A stretch of DNA of 64,000 nt from Candidatus Wolfebacteria bacterium (GTDB lineage Bacteria > Patescibacteriota > Minisyncoccia > UBA6257 > UBA9933): the NCBI GenBank assembly GCA_016214005.1, contig JACRPK010000001.1, positions 23,823 through 87,822 on the forward strand. Direction: 5' to 3'. Positions 39,474-49,115 of this stretch are shown piece by piece; within the stretch, counting starts at the first letter, position 1; every line of letters starts with the position of its first letter. The position numbers were made by a program, and so were the translations under genes. The notes below the pieces were generated by a model. It was not told the origin of the DNA. It ran no database searches and saw nothing but the letters and a program-made list of their open reading frames with translations.

Positions 39474-40016
39474 ATGAAAAAAAAATTTCAAAAATGCAAT
39501 GTTTATTCAGTGTTTACAGGAAGGCGCTGGCAGACAGGAGTTTCTTTGCTTGAACTTATTATTTATGTAGCGATTTTTTCAGTTGTGTCCTTGGTGATAG
39601 TCCAAATTTTTTTGGTGGTATTAAGGGGAAAAGATTTGGCCAATGCTCGTTTTGAAGTTTCTCAAAATGCCAGATTCGCTACGGAAAAAATCAGGCAGGC
39701 GGTTTTCGACGCATCTTCTGTTTCGATTTCCGGGAGCTGCCCTTTTAATATCTTGAATATTACAACCGGCGCAGCGACTTCATCTATATTTATAAATTCC
39801 GGAATTTTACAAATTTCTGATGCCTCGGGCACGAGCGAGATTACAGCGAATAAAGTGATTGCCACCAGTACGGACAATTGTTTATTTACAATAATTTCAA
39901 ATCCGGCCCCTGCCAAAGATACTATTCAAACAAAACTTAAAATAATGTATAATAGCCAGGGAAGAAGCGACTTAAATATAAGCCAATCCCAAGAAATAAC
40001 AGCATCGCTAAGGTAG
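39474..40016 (+). CDS. type IV pilin / pseudopilin-like protein
   Basis: Class III signal: …QTG|VSLLELIIYVAIFSVV (G-1, E+5) followed by hydrophobic helix. Confidence 0.6.
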   Translation: MKKKFQKCNVYSVFTGRRWQTGVSLLELIIYVAIFSVVSLVIVQIFLVVLRGKDLANARFEVSQNARFATEKIRQAVFDASSVSISGSCPFNILNITTGAATSSIFINSGILQISDASGTSEITANKVIATSTDNCLFTIISNPAPAKDTIQTKLKIMYNSQGRSDLNISQSQEITASLR

Positions 40017-40017
40017 T

Positions 40018-40452
40018 ATGAAGTTCCAAAATCCTAAAGTTTCAAAGTTTAAAGAAAGCGGAGTTGCGGCGCTTCCGACGATTGTAATAATTTCAATGAT
40101 TATTTTAGTTGTTGGCATTGGCGTGGCTTCAAGCGGATTTGTTGAGGGGCTTAGTAGCTTTGGCGAACTTGAAAATAAAAAAGCGTTATTTGCGGCAGAA
40201 GCTGGCGCAATGGATGCATTTAAAAGAATCGGCAAAAATATAAATTGCAATAGCGGCGGTACGCCGAATTGTTCAAATTATTCTTTAATTATCGGTGATG
40301 CGACAGCAATGGTTTCTGTTTCTGGATCAGGCGTAAAAACGATAATTTCAAACGGCCAAGTCGGATTTAAAAAAGCTAAAATTCAAGTGATAGTTTCAAT
40401 AGACGCCAACGGAAAAATTACCCAAACATCATGGCAGCAGCTCACAAACTAA
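40018..40452 (+). CDS. pilus-associated hypothetical (minor pilin/PilX-like N-terminal TM)
   Basis: N-terminal TM, small secreted-domain protein in pilus cluster. Confidence 0.35.
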   Translation: MKFQNPKVSKFKESGVAALPTIVIISMIILVVGIGVASSGFVEGLSSFGELENKKALFAAEAGAMDAFKRIGKNINCNSGGTPNCSNYSLIIGDATAMVSVSGSGVKTIISNGQVGFKKAKIQVIVSIDANGKITQTSWQQLTN

Positions 40453-41921
40453 AAAATTTTTTTTCTGAAAAAATTGATAAATTGAGAAAAAAAATAGTTT
40501 CTTTTTTGCGTTATCAAAAGCCGATTGCCGGTTTGGCGATAACCCTAAATAGCATTGACGTTGTTATCTTTGACGAAAAAAAAGGGGGAATGTTTAGCGA
40601 AAAAATAGCTATTAAGTCCTTGAGCGTTGAATCTGTTGAGGAAGGTCTTAAAAAATTGAAAGATAAATTCGGTAAAAGTTTATCTTCGGTTGTTATTTCC
40701 GTTCCGCCTTTTTGGTCTTATATTTCTGTTTTTGAATTTCCATTATTAGCTGAAAATGATCAAATCGAAGAAGCGATGGAATTAGCTTCTTCGGCATTGC
40801 CTATTCCGGAAGAAAAAATTTATTCGGATTGGATGTTCTTAGAAAATAAAAATATTAAAAAAAGGGAAACTATTTTAGAAATGACGCCAAGCGAATTAAT
40901 CGGTCCTTATTTGGCTGTTTTTGAAAAAAATAAAATAAGCGTTATTGCGGCGGAAAATTATGCATGGAGCTTTGGGCAGTTTTTGGCGGAAGGCGATGAT
41001 ACGACAATGGTTGTAATGGAACAGCCTGGCATGATAACTTTTTCAATTTATGACGGCAGAATCCCTTATTTTTATTTTAATTTACCGAGAGACAAATTTG
41101 ACAATAATAAAGAATTTTTATCCGCCGCCTTGCATTATTTAAAAAGCCTTACGCATTTTGTTTTGGCCGATGACAGCAAAGCAAGACAGGTAAATTCAAT
41201 TATTGTAATAGGCGCAGACGAATTGGTTAATAATTTTAAAAGCGTTGTTGAAATAAAAATTCAAAAAGGATTTTCTTTAACCAGTGATTTGCAAAATATC
41301 AATGATTTAGGTTTCTTATCGGCTTTGGGCGCCGTTAAGAGAGGATTTATTCCGCGTAAAAAAGATGACATTGTGAGTTTGCTTCCGATTGGCACAGAAT
41401 TAGCTTATGAGCGCCATAGAATGCTTTCTTTTATTGATTTTGTCCAAAAATTTTCTATTGGTTTTGCCGGATTTTTAATTGTTATTTTTTTGTCGGCTTT
41501 ATTGATGATAAAAGCGCTTTCTTCGGGGATTGAACAATCCTTGGCAAAAGAAACGGCTTTGCCGACGGATGTCGCCGAGATTAAGGGGAAAGCGGTTATT
41601 TTTAATGAAAATGTTTTAAAACTTTCTTTGATAAACAATAGCGCTATTTTTTGGGAAAAAATTTTTATTGAAATTGACAAGATTGTTTCTGCGACCGGTG
41701 TTGTGTTAAACCAATTAAGCGCCGATGAAAGCGGAAATTTGATTTTTTCCGGAAATGCGCCAACTCGGGATTCTCTTATTGAATTAAAAGATCGGCTTGC
41801 TGGTTCATCTGTTTTTTCTGCTGAATCTTTGCCGCTTTCTTTATTTTTAAGCAAGGAAAATATTAATTTTTCAGTGAAAGCTAAATTAAAAGATGCTAAT
41901 TTTTTATATCAAATAAAATAA
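40431..41921 (+). CDS. PilM-like (actin-fold) protein fused to PilN-like membrane segment
   Basis: N-terminal ~300 aa with PilM/FtsA-like layout, TM at ~aa 330 (FAGFLIVIFLSALLMI), periplasmic C-terminal region. Confidence 0.45.
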   Translation: MAAAHKLKNFFSEKIDKLRKKIVSFLRYQKPIAGLAITLNSIDVVIFDEKKGGMFSEKIAIKSLSVESVEEGLKKLKDKFGKSLSSVVISVPPFWSYISVFEFPLLAENDQIEEAMELASSALPIPEEKIYSDWMFLENKNIKKRETILEMTPSELIGPYLAVFEKNKISVIAAENYAWSFGQFLAEGDDTTMVVMEQPGMITFSIYDGRIPYFYFNLPRDKFDNNKEFLSAALHYLKSLTHFVLADDSKARQVNSIIVIGADELVNNFKSVVEIKIQKGFSLTSDLQNINDLGFLSALGAVKRGFIPRKKDDIVSLLPIGTELAYERHRMLSFIDFVQKFSIGFAGFLIVIFLSALLMIKALSSGIEQSLAKETALPTDVAEIKGKAVIFNENVLKLSLINNSAIFWEKIFIEIDKIVSATGVVLNQLSADESGNLIFSGNAPTRDSLIELKDRLAGSSVFSAESLPLSLFLSKENINFSVKAKLKDANFLYQIK

Positions 41922-41922
41922 T

Positions 41923-42465
41923 ATGAATAGCGGAAAAAATTTTAAAAATGAGATTTTGGCGATTATTGGAGCGACTTTTTTAATTTTATTGGTTGAAGGA
42001 ACAATAATTTTTTATATTGTAGGCTATCTTCAAAAACAAATTGACGCCACTAAAGAAAAGCAGCGCCTTTTGTCGGTTGCCAAAATTGAGCGTTTCAATG
42101 CCGTTTATTTAAAAAATGACTTGGGAAAAGTAGAAAATTATTTTTCGGTCGTTAATGATATTTTGCCCGATGAAAAAAATATTCTTTCAGCGATTAGTCA
42201 AATTGAAGCTATCGGGCAAAATACCGGCAATAAGGTTTCCGTTCAGGTTGACAGCTCTCAGATATTCGCTGATTCCACAACAGGCAGCCGTTATGTTATT
42301 TTTACGGCTCCGATTAGCGGCAATTACCAATCAATCAGGCAATATTTGGAAAATTTAAATTCTAATTTATTTTTTGCAAAGATTAATTCTTTTAATTTTA
42401 GCGGTAGCCCGACAATCAATAATGTTTCATCTGGAAGTTTGAGCGGGGAAATTTATCTTAAATAA
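41923..42465 (+). CDS. PilO-like pilus assembly protein
   Basis: N-terminal TM then coiled-coil and periplasmic domain; position after PilM/N-like gene. Confidence 0.4.
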   Translation: MNSGKNFKNEILAIIGATFLILLVEGTIIFYIVGYLQKQIDATKEKQRLLSVAKIERFNAVYLKNDLGKVENYFSVVNDILPDEKNILSAISQIEAIGQNTGNKVSVQVDSSQIFADSTTGSRYVIFTAPISGNYQSIRQYLENLNSNLFFAKINSFNFSGSPTINNVSSGSLSGEIYLK

Positions 42466-42474
42466 ATTATTTAT

Positions 42475-43191
42475 ATGAATATTGATTTTGAAAAAATAAA
42501 AGTCTGGATAAAAGAAAATAAAATTGATATTTTTTATATTGCCGCAATGTTGCTTGTTATTATATTGACGATTTCAGTATTTTTTTGGTCAATGAATATT
42601 ATTTTGAAAGCAGTAAATGCTGTTTTTGCAATTATTCCGCAAGATGTTTCGGCCGATGTTTTAAAATTTGATTTGGAGAATTTTGAGAAAATTTCAAAAA
42701 GGATGAATATTAATTTTCAAATTTCTAGAACCGAAAATCAGCCAGATGTTAAAACGGGGAAAAATGAAGAAGAGAAAATTTGCGCTCAGATTGTTGTGTC
42801 GGCTGTTTCTTTGGACGGGCAGTGTCAGGAATTTTCAACACCTTGCGATGTCCCTTCTGATTGGCAAAAAGTTGATAAATGTCCGCAAATGGCTATAGAA
42901 AGCGCGGTTAATATTTCAAAAATAAACATTAGGATTTTAAATGGCACTGCGACAACTGGCTTGGCCGGACAATGGAAAGATAAATTTAAAGCCGCTGGAT
43001 TTTTGGATAACAATATTAAAACCGCCAATGCCGATAAAAAAGATTATGTCGGGATGAGCGTTTCTTACAACGCTTCAGGCGAAGTTTTGACAAAAATTTC
43101 CGAAGTTTTACAATCCGGAAATTCGCAAATTAAAGTTTCAAAAGATAGCAAATTAAGCGAAAATTATTTTGAAATAATAATAGGAAAATAA
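42475..43191 (+). CDS. membrane protein with LytR_C (cell-envelope LytR C-terminal) domain
   Basis: N-terminal TM; C-terminal NIRILNGTATTGLAGQWKDKFKAAGF… typical LytR_C. Confidence 0.55.
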   Translation: MNIDFEKIKVWIKENKIDIFYIAAMLLVIILTISVFFWSMNIILKAVNAVFAIIPQDVSADVLKFDLENFEKISKRMNINFQISRTENQPDVKTGKNEEEKICAQIVVSAVSLDGQCQEFSTPCDVPSDWQKVDKCPQMAIESAVNISKINIRILNGTATTGLAGQWKDKFKAAGFLDNNIKTANADKKDYVGMSVSYNASGEVLTKISEVLQSGNSQIKVSKDSKLSENYFEIIIGK

Positions 43192-43214
43192 CTTTGTCGG
43201 GCTGCCGAGAATCA

Positions 43215-43236
43215 CTGCCTGCCGGCAGGCAGGGAA
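43215..43236. repeat. GC-rich palindromic element CTGCCTGCCGGCAGGCAGGGAA (copy 2)
   Basis: 22/22 identical to 19038-19059; sits just upstream of tRNA-Pro/tRNA-Arg pair. Confidence 0.5.
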
Positions 43237-43278
43237 CCCTGGCCTCACACTCCCAAAATCCCTCACCCTTTATTTATT

Positions 43279-43348
43279 CGGGACATTGGGAATTGAACCC
43301 AAGCCTCACGCTCCCAAAGCGTGTATACTACCACTATACTATGTCCCG
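43279..43348 (-). tRNA. tRNA-Pro (anticodon TGG), minus strand
   Basis: Revcomp CGGGACA-TA-GTAT-AGTGGTA-GTAT-A-CACGC-TTTGGGA-GCGTG-AGGC-TTGGG-TTCAATT-CCCAA-TGTCCCG; anticodon loop TTTGGGA; D-stem has two G-U pairs. Confidence 0.6.
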
Positions 43349-43365
43349 ATAAAAAGGGTGAGGGA

Positions 43366-43391
43366 TATACTACCACTATACTACAGCCCGT
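43366..43391 (-). repeat. duplicated 5' fragment of the tRNA-Pro gene (pseudo-tRNA remnant)
   Basis: Revcomp CGGGCTGTAGTATAGTGGTAGTATAT matches first 26 nt of tRNA-Pro (23/26). Confidence 0.4.
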
Positions 43392-43464
43392 TAATTTGCC
43401 ATTTTATATTTTTTTCTATTTACTTACAAGCTGTTTTTTGTTTAAAATTAATAATCGTAAATTT

Positions 43465-43536
43465 GTCCCCGTAGTTCAATGGACAGAACGACTCCCTTCT
43501 AAGGAGTAGATTGAGGTTCGATTCCTCATGGGGACA
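43465..43536 (+). tRNA. tRNA-Arg (anticodon TCT)
   Basis: GTCCCCG-TA-GTTC-AATGGACA-GAAC-G-ACTCC-CTTCTAA-GGAGT-AGAT-TGAGG-TTCGATT-CCTCA-TGGGGAC-A. Confidence 0.85.
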
Positions 43537-43659
43537 CAAAAATATTTTTAAAATTATTGACTTTATTGTCAATGTTTATTATCTTGTATTTAGTAATTTG
43601 AGAATTTTAATAAGAGACAAAAGCTCAAAAAAATTCAAGGGAAGAAAGGAAGGGAAGTT

Positions 43660-44910
43660 ATGCCGATGTCTAAAGATTTTGAAGAGAGGCTCTGTAAAAT
43701 TTTGCCGGATATCATTAAAGAATTCGGCACGCCTTTTCACATTTATGATGCCGCTGGCATTATTAAAACCGGGGAAAGGATTAAAAAACTAATGCCGGAC
43801 GTTAAGGAATATTTTGCCGTAAAGGCGAATCCGAATTTGGCGGTTATGCAATTTATGCAGGGAATGGAGTTCGGTTTTGATTGCAGTTCTATCCCGGAAT
43901 TAAATTTGGCTCGTTTTTTAGAGTCAAAACCAGATGACATTATGTTTTCTTCGAATAATACAAGTCTTGAAGAATTCAATGAAGCCTTGGCTGATGGCGG
44001 ATGCATTTTGAACCTTGATGATATTTCAATGGTTAAAAAAGTCCCGCAAATGCCGGAGCTGATATGTTTCCGTTATAATCCCGGAAAAAGGCGCAGTGAA
44101 GGAAGTAATTTTATCATTGGCGAGCCGACCGAACAAAAATACGGCGTGCCGCATGAAAAAATTGTTGAAGCTTATAAGCTGGCCATTGAAAGAGGCGCTA
44201 AGCGGTTTGGCATTCATACGATGATTTGCAGCAATCAAATGGATTGGCGCTATCTCGCGGAAACAGTCAAAATGCTTTTGGAAGCTATTGAAATGATTTC
44301 GAGTGAATTGAATATTGAGTTTGAATTTTTAAACATGGGCGGCGGAATCGGAACGCCCTACAGGCCAGGACAGGAAGATTTTAATCTTTCGGCAATGGCT
44401 ATAGGCATTAATTATTCAATGGCTGATTTTGCCAAAAGAAATGGTTATAGGCCGAAACTTTTTATGGAATCCGGCCGCTATATGACCGGTCCTCACGGAG
44501 TTTTGGTAACGCGATGCATTAACAGAATGAGCAAATATTTTGAAATTGTCGGCGTTGACGCTTCCGGGCCGTCGTGTTTGATGAGATCTTGCATTTATGA
44601 TTCAGCTTATCATCACATTACTGTTTTGGGGAAAGACGAAACGAATTCGCCGATGGAAATTGTTAATGTTGTTGGCTCGCTTTGCGAGAATAACGATCAA
44701 TTTGCCAAAGAGCGCTATCTTCCAGTTGTTGAAGGGGGAGATATTCTATTGATTCACAATACTGGCGCGCATGGTTTGACCATGGGGTCGAATTATAACG
44801 GCCGGTTAAAGTGTCAGGAGCTGATGCTTTGTTCGGATGGTTTTGTAAAAAGAATTAGAAGAGCGGAAACTTTTAAAGATTATTTTGCAACGCAACGGAA
44901 TTGTGATTAA
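43660..44910 (+). CDS. PLP-dependent decarboxylase, Orn/DAP/Arg decarboxylase family 2 (diaminopimelate decarboxylase LysA-like)
   Basis: FAVKANPNLAV…GFDCSS (PLP-Lys region), C-terminal ESGRYMTGPHGVLVTRCI and GSLCENNDQF (CESGD-like) motifs. Confidence 0.7.
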   Translation: MPMSKDFEERLCKILPDIIKEFGTPFHIYDAAGIIKTGERIKKLMPDVKEYFAVKANPNLAVMQFMQGMEFGFDCSSIPELNLARFLESKPDDIMFSSNNTSLEEFNEALADGGCILNLDDISMVKKVPQMPELICFRYNPGKRRSEGSNFIIGEPTEQKYGVPHEKIVEAYKLAIERGAKRFGIHTMICSNQMDWRYLAETVKMLLEAIEMISSELNIEFEFLNMGGGIGTPYRPGQEDFNLSAMAIGINYSMADFAKRNGYRPKLFMESGRYMTGPHGVLVTRCINRMSKYFEIVGVDASGPSCLMRSCIYDSAYHHITVLGKDETNSPMEIVNVVGSLCENNDQFAKERYLPVVEGGDILLIHNTGAHGLTMGSNYNGRLKCQELMLCSDGFVKRIRRAETFKDYFATQRNCD

Positions 44911-44921
44911 AGGAGGATATT

Positions 44922-46136
44922 ATGGAAAATAAACTTTTAAGCAGGCTTCCTGGATGTGAAGAAAATGTTTTTCAACGTATCAAAAGAATTTGCGCCGAGG
45001 CGGAAAGCAGGGGCGTAAAACTTTGGCGGCTTTCAATAGGCCAGCCAAGCGGTCCGGCGTTTTTAAGCGCAAGGCTCGAAGCTTCAAGGGCTGTTATGAG
45101 CGCCGAAGAGGCAAGACATGAATATCAAGATAACGGCAGTCCTGGAGTCCCTGATTTTGCGAGGAGATTTGTTCAGGCCCATTTAAAATCAGGCGGTGTC
45201 AATGTTGATAATATTTCTTTTCTTCCGATTCCCGGAGTAAAACCAATGCTTGGAATAATTATTCAAGCTTGTGGCGGGATAAACGGAGAAAAGATAACTG
45301 TTGGGACAATGACTAATCCCGGCTATCCAACGCCAGCTGTCCAGGTTGGATATCTTGGCATGAATCATTACGAATTAACAACGAATTCTGAAAATGGATT
45401 TATTGTTGAGCTGTCAAATATTAACATTTTCAATCATTGGCTTGACGGCACTGATTTGCTAATGCTTAATTATCCGCATAATCCTAGCGGGCAAATTGCA
45501 CATGAAGGTTTTTGGAATATCATTTGTATGTTTTGCGCTGATAATGGCATCCGTTTGTTTAATGACGCGGCTTACGCTGCGTTAGATCATTCGGGCAAGC
45601 ATGTATCGCTTGCAGATGTTGCTGTTGGTTTCTCGGATTTAAGCTGGTGTGAAGCATTTTCTGCCTCTAAGGTCATCGGCAACGGCACTGGCTGGAGAAT
45701 TGGCGCTATGGTTGGATCTTCGGATTTTATATCAGATATTGCGACTATTAAGGGTAATACTGACAGCGGATTTTTCGCTCCGGCTGCAACAGGAGTCCTT
45801 CATGCTCTGGGAAATGATTTTCAATCAGTTGTTAAAAACAGAAGAATGTTTGGCAAGAGATTAGAAATTCTGATTGAAATTTTGGAAAAATACGGAATGA
45901 AAATTGCCGTTAAACCAAGGGCGGGATTTTTTACTCTTTGGCTGACGCCTAAACGCGCTTTTGGCGAAGAGATAAAAAACGCCGAGGAATTTAATAATCT
46001 GATGATCCAAAATACCGGGATTGTCGGAGTGCCTTTTGGCAAATATATTCGCTATGCCGTGACCAATCCCATTGATTCGCCGGAATGGATTCAGGCGATA
46101 GAGAATGCGTTTAATACGGCGAGAGTTTCTTATTAA
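44922..46136 (+). CDS. class I/II aminotransferase, LL-diaminopimelate aminotransferase (DapL)-like
   Basis: 404 aa; architecture RLSIGQPSGP … NPGYP … LNYPHNPSG (fold-type I aminotransferase); adjacency to lysA-like gene. Confidence 0.55.
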   Translation: MENKLLSRLPGCEENVFQRIKRICAEAESRGVKLWRLSIGQPSGPAFLSARLEASRAVMSAEEARHEYQDNGSPGVPDFARRFVQAHLKSGGVNVDNISFLPIPGVKPMLGIIIQACGGINGEKITVGTMTNPGYPTPAVQVGYLGMNHYELTTNSENGFIVELSNINIFNHWLDGTDLLMLNYPHNPSGQIAHEGFWNIICMFCADNGIRLFNDAAYAALDHSGKHVSLADVAVGFSDLSWCEAFSASKVIGNGTGWRIGAMVGSSDFISDIATIKGNTDSGFFAPAATGVLHALGNDFQSVVKNRRMFGKRLEILIEILEKYGMKIAVKPRAGFFTLWLTPKRAFGEEIKNAEEFNNLMIQNTGIVGVPFGKYIRYAVTNPIDSPEWIQAIENAFNTARVSY

Positions 46137-46150
46137 AAAATAGTTTATAC

Positions 46151-46188
46151 GCCGCGCTTGGGTAACTCCCTTGCGCGGCTTTTTCGTT
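46151..46188 (+). terminator. rho-independent terminator (GCCGCGC…GCGCGGC TTTTTCGTT)
   Basis: 7-bp GC stem, loop, U-tract after aminotransferase stop; precedes ribosomal operon. Confidence 0.6.
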
Positions 46189-46328
46189 AATCCCCATTGA
46201 CATAATTTTTCTATTTGCTATCTTTATAATAATGTTTTTTTTCAAAACATTGTTTTAAATTTTAGTTTAAAATTATTTACCGGATTAGCTAAAACAGCCA
46301 TAATCCCGGCTGTTTTATTTTTTTTAAT

Positions 46329-46931
46329 ATGTCGTTTATTTTAGGAAAAAAATTTAAAATGGATCAGATTTGGAAAAATGACAAAGTTATTCCGATAACT
46401 TTAATTAAGGCTGAGCCGAATGTAATTACTCAAATTAAAGATAAAGAAAAAAATGGCTATTTAGCTTTGCAGCTTGGTTTTGACAAGGGCGTGAAAAAAA
46501 TCAATAAGCCGCTTAGGGGTCATTTAAAAGAATTGGGGAATTTTAGGCATTTGAAAGAATTTAAAACTCAATCAGTTGAAAATTTTAAAGTCGGAGATAT
46601 TTTGGGAGTTGAACAATTTAATGAGGGCGATTTGGTAAAAGTAAGCGGATTAAATAAGGGGAGAGGATTTCAGGGAACTGTTAAAAGGCATGGATTTGGC
46701 GGCGGGCCGAAAACTCATGGCCAAAAAAATCGCCATCGCGCGCCGGGATCAATCGGAAGCACTGCGCCGCAAAGAGTTATGCCAGGAAGAAGAATGGCCG
46801 GTCATATGGGAACAGAAAGGGTAACAATTAAAAATTTGGAAATTGTCGGGATTGACAAGGAAAATAATATTTTAATGATAAAAGGCGCTGTTCCTGGGAT
46901 GAAAGGAACGCTTTTGGAAATAAGAAATTAA
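46329..46931 (+). CDS. rplC: 50S ribosomal protein L3
   Basis: MSFILGKKFKMDQIW… uL3 N-terminus; operon context. Confidence 0.9.
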   Translation: MSFILGKKFKMDQIWKNDKVIPITLIKAEPNVITQIKDKEKNGYLALQLGFDKGVKKINKPLRGHLKELGNFRHLKEFKTQSVENFKVGDILGVEQFNEGDLVKVSGLNKGRGFQGTVKRHGFGGGPKTHGQKNRHRAPGSIGSTAPQRVMPGRRMAGHMGTERVTIKNLEIVGIDKENNILMIKGAVPGMKGTLLEIRN

Positions 46932-46932
46932 T

Positions 46933-47562
46933 ATGAAAACAGAAGTTTTTGACCAAAAAAATCAAAAAATCGGAGATATTGATTTGTCGGAAAGAATATT
47001 CGGGACAAAGTGGAACCCTGATTTGGTGCATCAAGCATTAATCGCTCAATTGGCCAATCGCCGGGAAAATTTGGCGCATACAAAAGGAAGGGGTGAAGTG
47101 TCGGGTGGCGGTAAAAAACCATGGAAACAAAAAGGCACTGGCCGAGCTCGCCACGGATCAATTAGATCTCCAATTTGGAAAGGCGGCGGTGTTGCTTTCG
47201 GTCCGACAAAAGAAAAAATATTCGCTAAAAAAATAAATAAGAAAATGAATCGTTTGGCGATTTTTAACGTTTTGTCAAAAAAATTTAAAGATAATGAAAT
47301 AAAAATAGTTGAAAATTTTGCCTTAAGGGATGACATCAAAACAAAAGATGTGTCTAAAACATTAAAGAATTTTTTTACCGACAAGTCTAATATTTTACTG
47401 GTGCCGTTTTCGGGGAAAAAATTTATCAATAAAGCTTCTTCAAATATAAAAAAGGTTTCAGCTATCAGCCCGCTTTCATTGAACGTTTATGATTTATTAA
47501 AAGCTAAAAATATTATTTTTGAAAAAGAAGCAATTAGCGAAATAGAAAAACATTATAAATAA
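46933..47562 (+). CDS. rplD: 50S ribosomal protein L4
   Basis: uL4 pattern, follows rplC. Confidence 0.9.
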   Translation: MKTEVFDQKNQKIGDIDLSERIFGTKWNPDLVHQALIAQLANRRENLAHTKGRGEVSGGGKKPWKQKGTGRARHGSIRSPIWKGGGVAFGPTKEKIFAKKINKKMNRLAIFNVLSKKFKDNEIKIVENFALRDDIKTKDVSKTLKNFFTDKSNILLVPFSGKKFINKASSNIKKVSAISPLSLNVYDLLKAKNIIFEKEAISEIEKHYK

Positions 47563-47583
47563 AAAAAGAAGATAAAAAATAAA

Positions 47584-47952
47584 ATGGGAATTTTCAATAA
47601 AACAAAACCGAATAAAAAACAAGCAGTTGTTCCAAGGGAAATAAAAAAACAAGCCGCTTCAAAAATTGTTCCGAAAGAATTGTCTTTTTTATTGAAACAG
47701 GCTTGGATTACGGAAAAAAGCGGAATTTTAGCCAATAGCGGGAAATATGTTTTTATTGTTGACAAAAATGCCAATAAGCCGCAAATTAAAAAGGCTGTCG
47801 AAGCTTATTATGGGGTTAAGATTTCCAGTATTAATATTGTTAATCAAAAACCAAAATCAAAAAGATTTGGCAGATCAAGCGGCGTTGTTTCCGGCAATAA
47901 AAAAGCGATAGTTAGTTTAAAAGAGGGGAAAATCGATTTAATGCCGGCTTAA
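47584..47952 (+). CDS. rplW: 50S ribosomal protein L23 (with N-terminal basic extension)
   Basis: uL23 core …AWITEKSGILANSGKYVFIVDKNANKPQIKKAVEAYYGVKI…. Confidence 0.85.
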   Translation: MGIFNKTKPNKKQAVVPREIKKQAASKIVPKELSFLLKQAWITEKSGILANSGKYVFIVDKNANKPQIKKAVEAYYGVKISSINIVNQKPKSKRFGRSSGVVSGNKKAIVSLKEGKIDLMPA

Positions 47953-47962
47953 TAGAAAAATT

Positions 47963-48787
47963 ATGAAACAATATAATCCAACAACTTCATCAAGAAGATT
48001 TATCACAACCGTTGATTACGGAGTTTTGAGCGCGGTTGAACCGTTCAAAAAATTGTTGAAAAGATTGCCGGCCAATGACGGAAGAAACAATCAGGGAAGA
48101 ATTACAATGCGCCATCAGGGCGGCGGCAATAAAAAACTTTATAGAATTATTGATTTTAAGCAGAATAAATTAAACGTTCCGGCAAGAGTTGAAACATTGG
48201 AATATGACCCCTATCGAACCGCTTTTATCGCTTTGGTTTCTTATCGTGATGGAGAAAAAAATTATATTTTAGCTCATAAAGATATTAAGGTTGGCGATGA
48301 GATTATTTGCGCGGAAAACGCCCAGCTTAAAAACGGCAATCGTTTGGTCTTGAAAAATATTCCGGTTGGCTATTTTGTTTATAATATTGAATTATCAAAA
48401 GGAAGCGGAGGCGTTATGGCGCGATCAGCCGGATCGTACGCGCAAATTTTAGCGCAAGAGAATGGTTGGACTAATTTGAAATTATCTTCCGGGGAAGTAA
48501 GAAAAGTAAAATGGGATAATTTTGCTTCATTGGGACAGGTTTCAAACCCTGATTGGAATTTAGTTGTTTTTGGAAAAGCCGGTAAAAGCCGCGGTTACGG
48601 TATCAGACCGACAGTTAGAGGCAAGGCCATGAATCCGTGCGATCATCCTTACGGCGGCGGCGAAGGCAGCCAGCCGAGGGGTACCAGAAAACCGAAAACA
48701 AAATGGGGTAAAGTTACCGGAGGAAGGAAAACGAGAAATAAGAAAAAATGGTCAAACAAAATGATTGTTCAGAGGAGAAAAAAATAA
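47963..48787 (+). CDS. rplB: 50S ribosomal protein L2
   Basis: uL2 motifs ([16 protein letters not shown], …HPYGGGEG). Confidence 0.95.
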   Translation: MKQYNPTTSSRRFITTVDYGVLSAVEPFKKLLKRLPANDGRNNQGRITMRHQGGGNKKLYRIIDFKQNKLNVPARVETLEYDPYRTAFIALVSYRDGEKNYILAHKDIKVGDEIICAENAQLKNGNRLVLKNIPVGYFVYNIELSKGSGGVMARSAGSYAQILAQENGWTNLKLSSGEVRKVKWDNFASLGQVSNPDWNLVVFGKAGKSRGYGIRPTVRGKAMNPCDHPYGGGEGSQPRGTRKPKTKWGKVTGGRKTRNKKKWSNKMIVQRRKK

Positions 48788-48791
48788 AATT

Positions 48792-49097
48792 ATGTCAAGA
48801 AGCAGCAAAAAGGGTCCATATGTTGATCCGAAATTATTAAAGAAAATATCAAAATTAAAAGCCGGCGATGCGACGGTTATTAAAACTTGGTCGCGCGACA
48901 GCGAAATCGCTCCGGAAATGGTGGGATTTATTTTCGGCGTCCATAATGGAAAAGATTTTATTCAGGTAAGAATTACCGAAGAAATGATCGGCCATCGTTT
49001 GGGAGAGTTTTCTTTAACCAGAAAATTTGTCAGGCATGGCGGAAAAATGCAGAAAGAATTGGAACAAAAAGCTCAGGAAACCTCAAAAGCAAAATAA
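48792..49097 (+). CDS. rpsS: 30S ribosomal protein S19
   Basis: [18 protein letters not shown]…; ATG 48792 preferred over track 48765. Confidence 0.9.
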   Translation: MSRSSKKGPYVDPKLLKKISKLKAGDATVIKTWSRDSEIAPEMVGFIFGVHNGKDFIQVRITEEMIGHRLGEFSLTRKFVRHGGKMQKELEQKAQETSKAK

Positions 49098-49115
49098 ATT
49101 TTATTGAATTAAAGT

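Noticed and set aside
43286-43792. ORFs 43286-43474, 43321-43509, 43511-43792 (+)
   Set aside because: Overlap tRNA-Pro, the tRNA fragment repeat and tRNA-Arg; low-complexity translations.
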